In this document: piece after piece, positions 24,619 to 35,790 of the stretch
Layout: the number at the start of each line of letters is the position of its first letter
Position numbering within the stretch: the first letter of the stretch is position 1
Assembly (NCBI RefSeq): GCF_001194135.2
Contig: NC_068997.1
Location: forward strand, 36,847,190 to 36,899,795
Source of the DNA: Octopus bimaculoides
Taxonomy: Eukaryota
Reading direction: 5' to 3'
DNA: 52,606 nucleotides
The notes under the pieces: generated by a model
The model's input: only the letters and a program-made list of their open reading frames with translations
What the model was told of the DNA's origin: nothing
Databases searched by the model: none
Position numbers and translations under genes: made by a program

Positions 24619-24851
24619 ATAGAAAATGATGATTCCTTACTTTACTGTGGTACAACAACTGGAGACATCCTTTGTGTAATAATGAAGACTGCCATCCTTG
24701 TGTCTATTGGGCCACCAAAGAAGATATTTTCAATGGGTGTTAAAAGCCTGTGTCATATAACAACTGGTGGACAACTGCAGTACTTGGTTGGAGCAGGTGA
24801 TGGTACATTGTCTATTGTTAAAGACAGACACAGTAAATTCCAGCAAACTAA
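24619..24851 (+). CDS. CFAP52: CFAP52/WDR16 internal coding exon (233 nt)
   Basis: tttctttgcaacag|ATA GAA AAT GAT GAT...ACT AA|gtaagt. Peptide IENDDSLLYCGTTTGDILCVIMKTAILVSIGPPKKIFSMGVKSL...LVGAGDG resembles CFAP52 DDDDSFFYLGTTTGDILKMNPRTKLLTDVGPAKDKFSLGVSAI. Starts in phase 0, matching the end of the 100-nt exon. Confidence 0.93.
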
Positions 24852-25226
24852 GTAAGTGTCATTAAAACTGTTACTCATTTCTTTTTTAAGAGAATTTTTT
24901 CATACATGAATACATTTTGTACATACTGATCTGTGATACATAGATATTAGTAACTAGAGAGATAAATAAATTGAATAGATACTGATGACACTAGACTTGA
25001 ACAGATGGATAGATGGACAGATGAACAGACAGGTAGACAGACAGATGGACATATGAACAAACAGGTAGACAGACAGATGAACAAACAGATAGCCAGGCAG
25101 ATAAATACATTGTGGTGATAGAGAGTAAAGATATATTCATATATATCCACAGAGACAGAGAGAGAGAGAGGGAGAGAGAGAGAGTGATAGTGAGTGTTAA
25201 TATTAGATGTTATTGAATGTTGATAA

Positions 25227-26609
25227 CACTGCTCTGCATGAGTTTTTTTTATTGACTGTATGGTATCTTTTTTGAAATATAAAAATGGAAAATAGTGATT
25301 CATGGTGTTTTTTATTCATCTCTATCACATCAGGTTTTCGAGTTATACAGAAACATTACTTTTCTCTTGTATAACAAAAGTAAATGATAAAATATAATAC
25401 TAATGAAATGCTTACCTTATATTGACTTAAATATTATATCTAATATATTTTTCTTTATTGTCTGATTGTGAGTATGTCTAAAAGCTGCATAAATTCACCA
25501 GACATATTTTACTATGTCTGCAGGCAATTCACCTCTTCAGATTCCTGAAGCAATATTACTCCTTTGTTGAAGCACTGCTATTTAGCTTATTTTGGTTGCA
25601 AACACGGAAACCAGGACAATCCATTTGCACATCACAAAGCTTGCAAGAGTTGCATTAGTAAGCTCCAAATATGGTCAGTTGGAAAACTGAAATGTATGTC
25701 CTTTGGAGTACCAATGGTATGGTGGAAACAAATGAACCACCATGATGACTGCTATTTCTGTATTATTAAAGTAGCTGGATTTAACAAGACTAAGGATTGC
25801 ATAAAGTACCTAAATTTTCCATCAGCAATAAAGCCTGTTTCCCACTCAGATGATATTCCTGTACGTGTGGCACCTGAAACATGGGAAATTTCATCAGAGT
25901 CTGATCCTAGTGATACTAATGAGATGGTAGACTATGAACCACCAACAAATGATGATCCCAAACTCTTCAACCAAGTCAAGCTCAAAAGAAAGTGCACAGC
26001 TACTTGGCACAGTTACTAGACTGAAGAAACACAGGCTTCTTGCTCCTGGAACAACATTCACTTGGTACTGTCATCCTGTTGGTACCATCATCTATTCAAA
26101 TATTTTTGGCCTTATTGAACACATGGGGACTGCAGTGAAGAACAAGAACGATTCCATCAGGGTATTTGCACCATGGAAACTCAATACCAGGGCAAATGGA
26201 ATGGTTATTGAAATGTGATAGTTTGGATGCACAGCACAAGTGGAATTCAAAGCAGTTTTCCTTCCTTTGAACCATTAGGCTAACCATTAGGAGCATATTT
26301 TTTTACATTCGTTTTTTCAGATGTTGATGATTCATGATGATGAACACAATTCCTTTCATGTTGATTTGGAATACATATGTTCTTAAAACTAACAGAATAT
26401 ACTTTTTCATGATTACTTGCTTTATTTTAATACAGCAATAATTTATTAAAAATTCGCATTTTTGTATTATCATTAATTTGTATTTTATTGAAAATCCTTA
26501 TGCGATAGAGCAAAATGGTTTAGATATTTAAAATCAGCAACCCAAGAATACAGAAGATCACATTCATGAACAAAAATAGAAATAAAAAAATCCCAAATGC
26601 ACACCAGTG
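25227..26609 (+). mobile_element. Chapaev3-type DNA transposon, internally deleted
   Basis: Termini CACTG...CAGTG with imperfect TIRs and a TAA TSD (25224-25226, 26610-26612). ATG at 25474: MSKSCINSPDIFYYVC...YFGCKHGNQDNPFAHHKACKSC...VPMVW..NHHDDCYFC (Chapa-type zinc finger). About 26110-26200 carries the C-terminal EEQERFHQG..METQYQGKW motif. Confidence 0.8.
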
Positions 26610-26639
26610 TAAGGTATGAGAGAGAGAATTTACCCTGGG

Positions 26640-27430
26640 CTGCAACTCTGTCAAAGAGACAAGCTGCAGAAAGGTGTGTCTCACAAACAGAGCCCACACA
26701 TGCTTGCCATCAAGAAATCATTGTAGGTGGCACAACTTGAGTGTGTGTCTGTGCATCAGAAGCCATGTCATGTCAAAGCTGCCATGCAGAAGGTGCTGGC
26801 AGCAAACTAACCGCCTGACCATTAGAATGCATCTTTTCCACAAGAGACATTGTAATCTGATTAAACAATAACTAGGGCATAGCGGTCTGACAATAAATGA
26901 TGATGGAGGCAATGTAGGCATTTGTCATCTCTGCCCAACCTTTCAGGGACAGCTTCCTCCTTACCTATTTATGGGTAAGACTGGCCACCCTGTTTGTCAC
27001 CTTATTCCAGTTGTTTTCCATCTGGAGGTTGGGATCAAACCAAACCCAGAACAGTTTAACTGGTCCATCAGATCAGGTGTCCAGTCACAAGTCCACTCAC
27101 TTGTTAGTGTTGGTGGTGGTTTTGGTAACTGACTTGTATTCCTTTAGAATGGTGCCTATTGCTTCCACTTTGAAGGCATCTGACACCATGATGGTGACAT
27201 CGTTTGCATATGCTGACACTGCCCTCCCATGTCCCAGTTCAAAAGTGATGCTCCTCAACTGTTCCAACTTCTGCAGCTGTGGATTGAGTGCCAGCTAATA
27301 CTTTGAACACCTAATAAGTGTTGCTATACATTGCAGCAATCGAGCATTTAAAAATAGGTTTGAAACCGGCTGCTTTTAGGACAGCTTTCAAGTAGTATTA
27401 GTTGATCCTAATGAATGTTGTGGATTGATC
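26640..27430 (-). mobile_element. L1/Tx1-like LINE RT fragment, decayed
   Basis: Reverse complement of about 27130-27220 gives SAYANDVTIMVSDAFKVEAIGTILKEYKSVT. Homologous to 34430-35110. Confidence 0.55.
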
Positions 27431-27595
27431 CAAATTGATCAGAGCCCCAGCAAAGCCAGCTTTAGTCTCAGCCCGCTCTATGATGTATCACATAAGGTGG
27501 GGGTTATTGTGGATAGACCCATTTGGTATCGGACAGACCAAAGCCTTGTGAGTGAATTTGGTAGACAGAAACTGAAAGAAGTCCATATATATATA

Positions 27596-28845
27596 TTAGG
27601 TTGTCAAGAAATTTCTTGTGAAATTTTAAATTTTGGTTTTAAATGATGTATTTTCAAATTAATTTTCATTAAATTACTTTGACTTTATATACAATTTTAA
27701 GGCCCGTTTTTTGCTATCTAATCGCGTTACTCTTTTTCTTTTTGAATAATTAGATCATTTTTCCGGAACGTTGAATGCAAAAAGCAAATTTGTATGGACA
27801 AAAAGCAAATTTGTACAATTTTCTTATTCCAGTTCAAGCTTGGCCGAAAAGCAGCTGAAACAGCTCGCAATATGAATGATGCATTTGGCCCAGGAATCAC
27901 TAATGAATGTACAGCACAATGGTGGTTCAAGAAATTCNNNNNNNNNNNNNNNNNNNNNNNNNNNNNNNNNNNNNNNNNNNNNNNNNNNNNNNNNNNNNNN
28001 NNNNNNNNNNNNNNNNNNNNNNNNNNNNNNNNNNNNNNNNNNNNNNNNNNNNNNNNNNNNNNNNNNNNNNNNNNNNNNNNNNNNNNNNNAAAAATACTTG
28101 AGAAATGGGTGCCGCACGAATTGAACAACAACCAAAAAAACGCCATTTTGAAGTGTTGTTTTCCCTTCTTTTATGCAACAAGAATGACCCGTTTCTTGAC
28201 CAGATTGTGACTTGTGATGTGGATTCTTTACGACAACCGGCGATGCTCAGCCCAGTGGTTGGACTCCACAGCACTTCCTGAAGCCAAAGTTGCACCAAAA
28301 GAAGGTCAAGGTGACTGTTTGGTGGTCTGCAGCCGGTCTCATCCGTTACAGCTTTTTGGATCCAGGCAAAACCATTACGGTGGAGAAGTACTGTCAGCCA
28401 ATGGATGAAATGCATAAGAAACTCTGACAACAACAGCCAACATTGTCAATAGAAAAGGACCAATTCTTCTCCACGACAACGCTCGGCCGCACATCGCACA
28501 ACTGAACCTGCAGAAGTTGAACGAATTGGGCTACAAAACAGTGCCTCATCCACCATACTCACCAGACCTCTCGCCTACTGACTACCACATTTTCAAGCAT
28601 CTCGACAACTTCTTGTGTGAGAAATGCTTCAAAAATGAAGACGATGCCAAACACGTCTTCAAAGACTTCACTGCCACCAGAGCACAGGAATTTTATGCTA
28701 CTGGCATAAATAAACTTGTTTCATGTTGTCAAAAGTGTGTTGATTCTGATAGTGTTTATTTCGATTAATAAAGTTTTGCTTGAGCTGAGATATGTGCATC
28801 TGAATTTAAAGGTTAAAAACCGCAAGAACTTTCTTGACAACCTAA
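27596..28845 (+). mobile_element. mariner transposon (Hsmar1/SETMAR-like DD34D), full length 1250 bp, defective ORF
   Basis: TIR TTAGGTTGTCAAGAAA(T/G)TTCTTG(T/C)G, flanked by TA within (TA)n on both sides. MDKKQICTIFLFQFKLGRKAAETARN, WVPHEL, HDNARPH, PYSPDLSPTDYH. Contains stops, frameshifts and an internal gap. Confidence 0.95.
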
Positions 28846-29563
28846 TATATATATATATATATATATATGGAACAAAAACGCAATAGAGAGCATTAAAATG
28901 TTCGGACAGGTAGACGATACAAAGGCAGACAAGAGAAACAACAATTAGAAGGACAGGCAAAAAAAGACAGGTCATTCGTGGCTTTCTTTCCTCAGTCAAG
29001 TCCTAGAAGTCACGACCATTTCAGGCAGTTACACTTGAGATGGTTCGATTTGGTTGCCCCCAAAAAAGTCTAAGCTAAGAGCATTAGACCCCTTTGTAAG
29101 AAAGCTAGCAAATGTGTATGGTAACAAAGGTAAAAAAAACAAACAAACAAAAAAACTGAGAACATGGTACACAATTATGAATACAAACAACAAGAAGTAA
29201 CAACAGGTGTCTTTCGACTGAGAATGAATCAAATTGAGCTGGTGTGTATGAAGTGGAAGTCTAAAGGCAGGAACATAAGAGGTGTTGGCAGTTGGTAGTC
29301 AGGCCAAGAAAGAAAGATCATGGCTGGCTGGACACCAATCATGTGGAAGGAGGAGAGATGTGTAGGGGGCATCGGGATTGAAGGATTAGAAAAAAAATCA
29401 GAGACAAAGAGTAAGGTACAGGGGAGATAAATGAGTGGGAAATAGTGGGAGTTAAAGAAAGAGAGGGCCAAGAAATGTGAGAGAAGGGGAGCGAGCAAAA
29501 GGAAATAAAATGAGAGGGGGAATAAAAGATAGAGTAAGAATTGTTCATACATATATTTATATA

Positions 29564-30499
29564 CAGTACCATGCAAAAGCCTTCAATCACTTTAAACTCT
29601 TCAAGATTGCATGGATTCCTCTGATGAATTCTCATTAGTTCTGTCCACATTTGCTCAATGATATTTAAGCCAGGGCTCTGAGATGGCTAAATCTTTCAGT
29701 ACAGTAACACTTTCATCAGCCAGACTCTGTTGTGTTGCACATGATCTGTGGCATGGAGCTCTGTCATGCTGAAAAATCTCAACCTTCATTCAAGTCTGGT
29801 ATCAAATTGTCCTTCAGCAACTGGATGGACTTGGTACTATTTAAGTTACTGTCAATTTTAAGCAACTTTCTTGAACCATCACTTTTTATGTATCTCCAAA
29901 GCATCAAACTCTTTTACCCAGAGTCTGGCTGATGAAGGTGTTACTGAATTGAAAGATTAGCCAGTTCAGAGCCCTGACTTAAGTATCCTTGAGCAAATGT
30001 GGACAGAACTAAAGAGAAGAGTTTGTCAGAAGAATCCACGCAATCTTGAAGAGTTGTGGGAGCTCAGCCACAGAGAATAGCATCTCATACCTGTGAAGAT
30101 GGTGAAGGATTTGTATGCATCGCTTCCCAGGTGCATTGAAGCAATCATTCAAACTAAGGGAAGCCACATGAAATATTAACAATGTACAGTAACTTCTTGA
30201 AATGAATATTATGTAATAAATTTTCATTATAGACATTTTCTGTTTTAAAACACTGTATCTTGATTTGTTTATGTGAGATGGCCGTAAACTTTTCCATGGC
30301 CATTTTTGGTGGTCATCTTGCATCTTCTTCTCTCATTCAGAACCCCCACTACAAAATATAATGATTAGGTATGGAAATGACTCCAACAGGACCGATGTTT
30401 CATCTGTAGAAAACGCAATGTGAAACATCCACTTATAAGTTGGCAATTAGTAGAAATTTACAATAGTTTGAAGTGGCCGAAGATTTTTGCACAGTACTG
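29564..30499. mobile_element. Tc1-family derivative with foldback structure
   Basis: Imperfect TIRs CAGTAC(CA/TG)TGCAAAA, with TA on the left. Plus strand: PVQSPDLSILEQMWTELKRRV...LPRCIEAIIQTKGSHMKY*. Minus strand: FQHDRAPCH. 29595-29729 is an inverted copy of 29919-30055. Confidence 0.85.
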
Positions 30500-31215
30500 T
30501 GTGTGTGTGTGTGTGTGTGTGTGTTAGTGTCTGTGTTTGTCCCCCCATCACTGCTTGACAACTGCTGTTGGTGTGTTTACATTCCTGTAACTTAGTGGGT
30601 TGGCAAAAGAGCCTAATACAATAAGTACCAGGCTTCAAAATAAATACAGTAATCACTCACCATATCACTGTTCACCTATTGCACCCTCAGTACATCATGG
30701 ATTTTTCTGGCTAATATATGTAGATATATATCATGGACTCCTCAATATATTGCAAGTTTCTGCAGTCAATAGGTATTTATATTTTTTTAGATTTTAATTA
30801 TTTCTGTGGTAAAACAAGCATTTTCATGCCTAAAAATTAATATATCAATAAATAAAAATACAGTACAGTACTGCACTGTATAACACATTAATTAAAATAT
30901 ATTAAAAGAAAATATGTAATGTACTGTAGATGAGTAATCCAAGAATTGCACATACTGTATGGAAAACGAAAATCAGGAGGCGAGTGTGTAGTGTTGTTTT
31001 GCATTTATAATAAAATAAACATATACAAATTATAAAAATAAAGAAAAATATACAGTAGTGTTTCTACTTTGCAGATTTTCACCTACTGCAGGGGGTTTTG
31101 GAATGTAACATCCACGATAGTCAAGGGATTACTGTATTGGGGTTGATTAGTTTGATTAAAATTCCTCCAGGTGGTGCTCCTGCATGGCTGCAGACTTGAA
31201 ACAAATAAAAGAATA
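30500..31215 (+). mobile_element. SINE (same family as 18385-18612) split by a MITE
   Basis: SINE body runs to ...ggcttcaaaataaaTA at 30646 and resumes TAttggggttgatt...catggctgcagacttgaaacaaataaaag at 31135. Confidence 0.8.
30647..31134. mobile_element. pogo/Tigger-like MITE with TA TSD
   Basis: TA|CAGTAATC...GATTACTG|TA, AT-rich interior, interrupts the SINE colinearly. Confidence 0.75.
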
Positions 31216-31234
31216 TAAAACCAGCTAGAATGAT

Positions 31235-31880
31235 ATATTGTTTAGATAATGACCAGATAGATATATTGTGTGCGCAGAGACCAAGTTAACAGATACATTG
31301 TGTACGTAGAAACCAGATAGTGTTGATAATGAAGAAATAGATACATTGTGTAGATAGTAATCAAAAAGTTATGGTTAGTTTATATTGACCAAATAGATAC
31401 ATTGTGTGTATAGAGACCAAATAGACAAATACATTTTGTATACAGTGGCCAGATAGTCACACGTGTTAATAGTAACATGATAGTGACATGTTGATAATGA
31501 CAAATAGATATGTTGTGTAGATAGTGACAGGATAGATATATTGTGTAGTTAATGGCAGATTGATGCATAATATGGATAGTGGCCAGATAGATACCTGCTC
31601 TGTTGAATTGATCAAGTAGACACATTATGTAGATAGTTGTAGTAGTCTATACTGATTAGAGAGATGCACATTGTGTATAAAGTGACTAGATAGATGGATA
31701 CATTATGTTTATAGTAACTAGATAGATAAACACTGTAGATAATGACCAGACAGATGCATTGTGTAAATAGGGACCAGATAAATCCACAACTGTGTCAATA
31801 GTGTCCAGTTACACATTGTGAAGATAGTAACTGGTTATATTGTGTAAATAATGATCAGATACTAGAATAATGTAGATTCT
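31235..31880. repeat. Degenerate minisatellite, about 28-bp unit
   Basis: Roughly 20 variants of gaccagatagatacattgtgtagatagt. Confidence 0.85.
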
Positions 31881-32899
31881 GATTGAGTTGTTAGGTATTG
31901 AATAGAAAGTATAGAAAAGTGAATCTCATAGGTATACACGTTGTGTAAATGTCAAATGGTGAAGAGATAGGTATGCACAGTTGATATGGACTGGATAAAA
32001 TGAGTTACAATGTGTCGTTGTAAACTAGATAAACTTACATTGTATGTAGTTATAAGGTTGAAAAGTAAATTTACTTTGGAGATGTATACTGTGCATGAGT
32101 TACAGTGTATAATTGTTAGCTAACAAAAACATGATGCATAAGTCTTATTTTAATTTTTTTTTTAAGAGATATTTTAAATAATAACTTTCCTATTGAAAAT
32201 GATTGACAAATCATAAATGACTGTGAGAAATTGTGAGATTTATCTCCTACCAGTTTTAAGTCATCAGAATGATGCTTTGATAAAGGAAAATTAAAAGATT
32301 GAAAAATGCAATGAAACTATACTCTGAACTCAAATTTCAGCTAGCTGTATTATTTTATATTGAGCACTATGATACAATATTGCAAAATATTCTGGAAGGA
32401 AATGAAGATTTCAATTATTAACTAAAAGATGAATTGGATATTGTCTAAATTATCTTGAAATGTTTTGCTGTAATTGATGAAAATAAATATTTTGCTTTCA
32501 TTTTATACATTAGCTGTCTCTCATCAGTTTTTGATATCTGCCGATGAAGAAATACTGTGTTGTGCCTTGTTTAGGGTTATGCATTTGTTGAAAATTAGAA
32601 ATGCATAAGATAAATTTATTTTTCCAGATTAAGCAAGACTAAGCAACATTTTCTTGCTTTGTCTTATCATGTTCAAAGGCTAGAAACAGCATGAATATTT
32701 ACCAATGTTTGAGTTTTGAGTATTGGCGTTATCCTCTAATTTCACCATCATGCATTTTTTAACATTACTGTAGAAATGTCTTGCACAAGTGACTGGATAC
32801 ATTAATACATTATATTTTGATACTCTAACTTTAGTTTATCTACAAAAAACCAAGGGACCAGTTTTATTTGAGAATGTTAATCTGTAAAGGTATTTTTAG

Positions 32900-34320
32900 T
32901 ATGTGATGCAACTAAGGAAAGATACTAGACACTGTAGCTGGTGTGTTCTTTACCATATTCACATTGTGTTCATTTCCTGCTTATAGTCACTTTTCCAGTC
33001 ATCAACCACAGCATTAAAAGATGTAATCCATTCCTTAATATATTCTTGGGAATAGTAGACAGCTGGTGCAAATACCTACAAATCTCAGTGCCCACCCTAG
33101 TCATCTTTAATACTGGTAAGATCATGTCAATCCTAAATCTTTTATATCATACCATTTTTGGTAAGTAAAACCAGTTGATATTATTTTTAGGGAGGTATAC
33201 ATTGTGCTTTGTGAGTAGCTTCATAGTTCTACTATCTGATTTCTGTAGCTCCAGCTTTGTCTATTTTAGAAAAAAAGTAGAGTACCTTGGGCCAGTATTG
33301 ATATTGGCATGACCCATTAATTGTTTGCCTTGATAACATTCCCTCCATTTAGTTTTATTTCAAGCACTTCCTAATCCTTCTCTTGTACTTTTTAGAAACT
33401 TTCTTTCACATTTCTCTTCCCATTATCTTGTGATATTTTTATACCATTAGATTTAATCTTCCAGCTTCTCTTCATAATTAACACTGCACACTTATCTATC
33501 CCAAACTGCAACCAGCATCCTTACTATTTGGATGAGAGCATTCAGGTATTTAACATTTTTTTGCATACAATTTGAGGTCATCCATATATAGCAGGTGATT
33601 TATTTTCATCCTGGTTTCAGCGAGCTCATAGATAGGTGTGGATTATTTATGTATGTTTGTTGGAAGGATTAACACAATGATAAAAAATAACAAGAGAGAG
33701 ACTTCCTAAAATTTCTTCCTGTATATTTTCACATTTCCTAACCATTTGTTTCCACATTTTAGTTTTACTTCCCATGATTTCATTGCTTTCAAAGGAAAAA
33801 AAATCCCCTGTTAATCTTTTCAATGACCTCAAGCATACTAAGGTACCCCAAGAGCCAACAGTATGTCAAGTTCTTTTTCTTATTTGTACCTTAGCTTGTA
33901 TCATGCTATTGATATACAGCAGATCAGCAGTTTCCCTTGATTTCTTTCTGCTTTTCTTTTGTCCCTCTGGATATAGATTCTTCTTCTCTGAGAAGCTATT
34001 CAATTCACTTGATATGAGCCCAGTTAATCATTTCCAGAATAATGGTAAGCATGTAATAGACCCGTAATTATTGACTTCCCCTCCTTTTCTTTGTCATGTA
34101 TTAGCACTATTTTTGTTTTTGTCATCCATGTTGGTGTTTCAGTCAATAAGAAACAGTTGTATATAGTTGTAGATGTTTGAGAGATTTTTAAACCAGAATC
34201 CCTAAACATCATCTGGTCTGGGGAGATCTTTCCAATATGATATTTTTGTAAGCATCTTTTTCACTTTCTCATTTGTAATATTATATTTGCTTGTTTTGAT
34301 CTACTTTCTATTTTGGATTT
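32900..34320 (-). mobile_element. Highly decayed R4/Dong-type RT region
   Basis: Minus ORF piece TPTWMTKTKIVLIHDKEKEG resembles the P.WMTTGRTVLI.K.K.KG segment of R4 RTs. The rest is fragmentary. Confidence 0.45.
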
Positions 34321-34429
34321 GTTTTCAGAGGTTGGATCACTGCAATGCACAGCAGTACCTGCTTAGTGATTAAAGTAAATGGCTACCTTCCAGAACCATT
34401 TCTATTGCTTGTTAAGTCTATTAGAGTTG

Positions 34430-35110
34430 CCACTGTCACTTCTTCTGTATGAGCTGACTCTTTAGCCATTGCTGCAGAAGTTAGAATAATCGAGGGGCAT
34501 CCCATTGGAACTGAGACATAGGAGGGCAGTGTTGGTATACACGGATGATGTTACTATCATAGTGTTGGATGCCTCTACAGTGGAGGCAGTAGGCTCCATT
34601 CTAAAGGAATATGAGTCAGTGGCAGGAGCAAAATTAACATCAACAAGTCAGTAGGCTTGTGGCTAGGCACCTGGAGAGGTATCACTAGACTGGGGGACCA
34701 ATTAAATTGCTTGGAGTCTGGTTCAGTCCTGACCTCCAAGAGGACAAAACTAGGATAAGGTGATGAACAGGGTGGCCAGGGCATGCCTTGGCTTCTGATG
34801 CACAGACACTGGTTGAAGTTATGCCACCTGCAATGATTCTGAGATGGCAAACATGTGTGAGTTCTGTTCTTGAGACAAGTCTAGTCCTTGGTGAAGGAAA
34901 GACTGGGCACCTGGCACCTTGAGTATTGTCGGGTGCTCACAGCCCTCTACCAGTTGGGCAATGGGATTGGTGGATGTTCCACTCTAGCAATATATAGAGA
35001 AGTAGTGGTAGGGAAGTGTGATGATGTTCTTCGGGAGACTCTGGGTGCCAATGAAAATGAACTGATTAGTCTGTTCCAAAGGACTTTCTGATCATGGACT
35101 ACCATATATA
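34430..35110 (+). mobile_element. L1/Tx1-like LINE RT fragment
   Basis: VYTDDVTIIVLDASTVEAVGSILKEYESVAGAKL (YADD plus SG.KIN-like segment). Homologous to 26640-27430 in the opposite orientation. Confidence 0.6.
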
Positions 35111-35790
35111 ATTTCCAGAAATCCTTGGTCTGGCAGTGCTACTAAGGGAGGCTAATGGTTCGAGATAAACTCTACTGGCATAGATGTGCTGTCAGACAGA
35201 GCAACAAAACCATTCTGCACTCACCCATTCAATGTCTGTGCATTGCTGACTTGTGGTGTTATGTTGAACAGTTGCTGTCACATGTCGTATGGATCCCTCG
35301 ATTGACTGAATCCATAGTGATGGTTGCCCTGCTGCCTTCTTTTAATAGGGCAGATCAGCAGTTTTCCTTTGTCTGGTGGCATGTGAAAAAGAAGTTCTCT
35401 GGTGGATGATACTGAAAGGCATGAGGACAGAGACTTTCTTCTTTGGTGAAGTTTCACCTGTAAAGAAAAGTGAAGGTAAAGAGGAAGGTGCAAAGTTGGG
35501 TGAAAGTTGCAAAAATGGCAAAAGTAGTTGGCACTACTTAAGTGTAGACCTGTAAGCTGGAGAACAGAAATTGGAGAGGGTACTTGCCCTTGGTGTTCAG
35601 GGTTATCTTGGATGGTAGGGTTCCTTGATTGTCCCTAGAGGCCTTCCTGTATCAGGAGAATCATATCACTATTACTATTTTTCTTTTTCTTACTGATGTA
35701 CACCATGTATACATTCTCTTTTTGTTGTATTGTATACCATGTATACTTTCTACTTTTATATAAATGTATACATACATACAAATGTGTATA

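Noticed and set aside
28960-29000. Minus-strand CTGAGGA...GAAT hammerhead-like string in a possible Penelope remnant (28860-29560)
   Set aside because: GAAA is broken (GAAT), helix II does not pair, and no helix I was found.
31235-31880. Regularly spaced repeats resembling a CRISPR array
   Set aside because: Units are degenerate and contiguous, with no unique spacers or cas genes, in a eukaryotic context.
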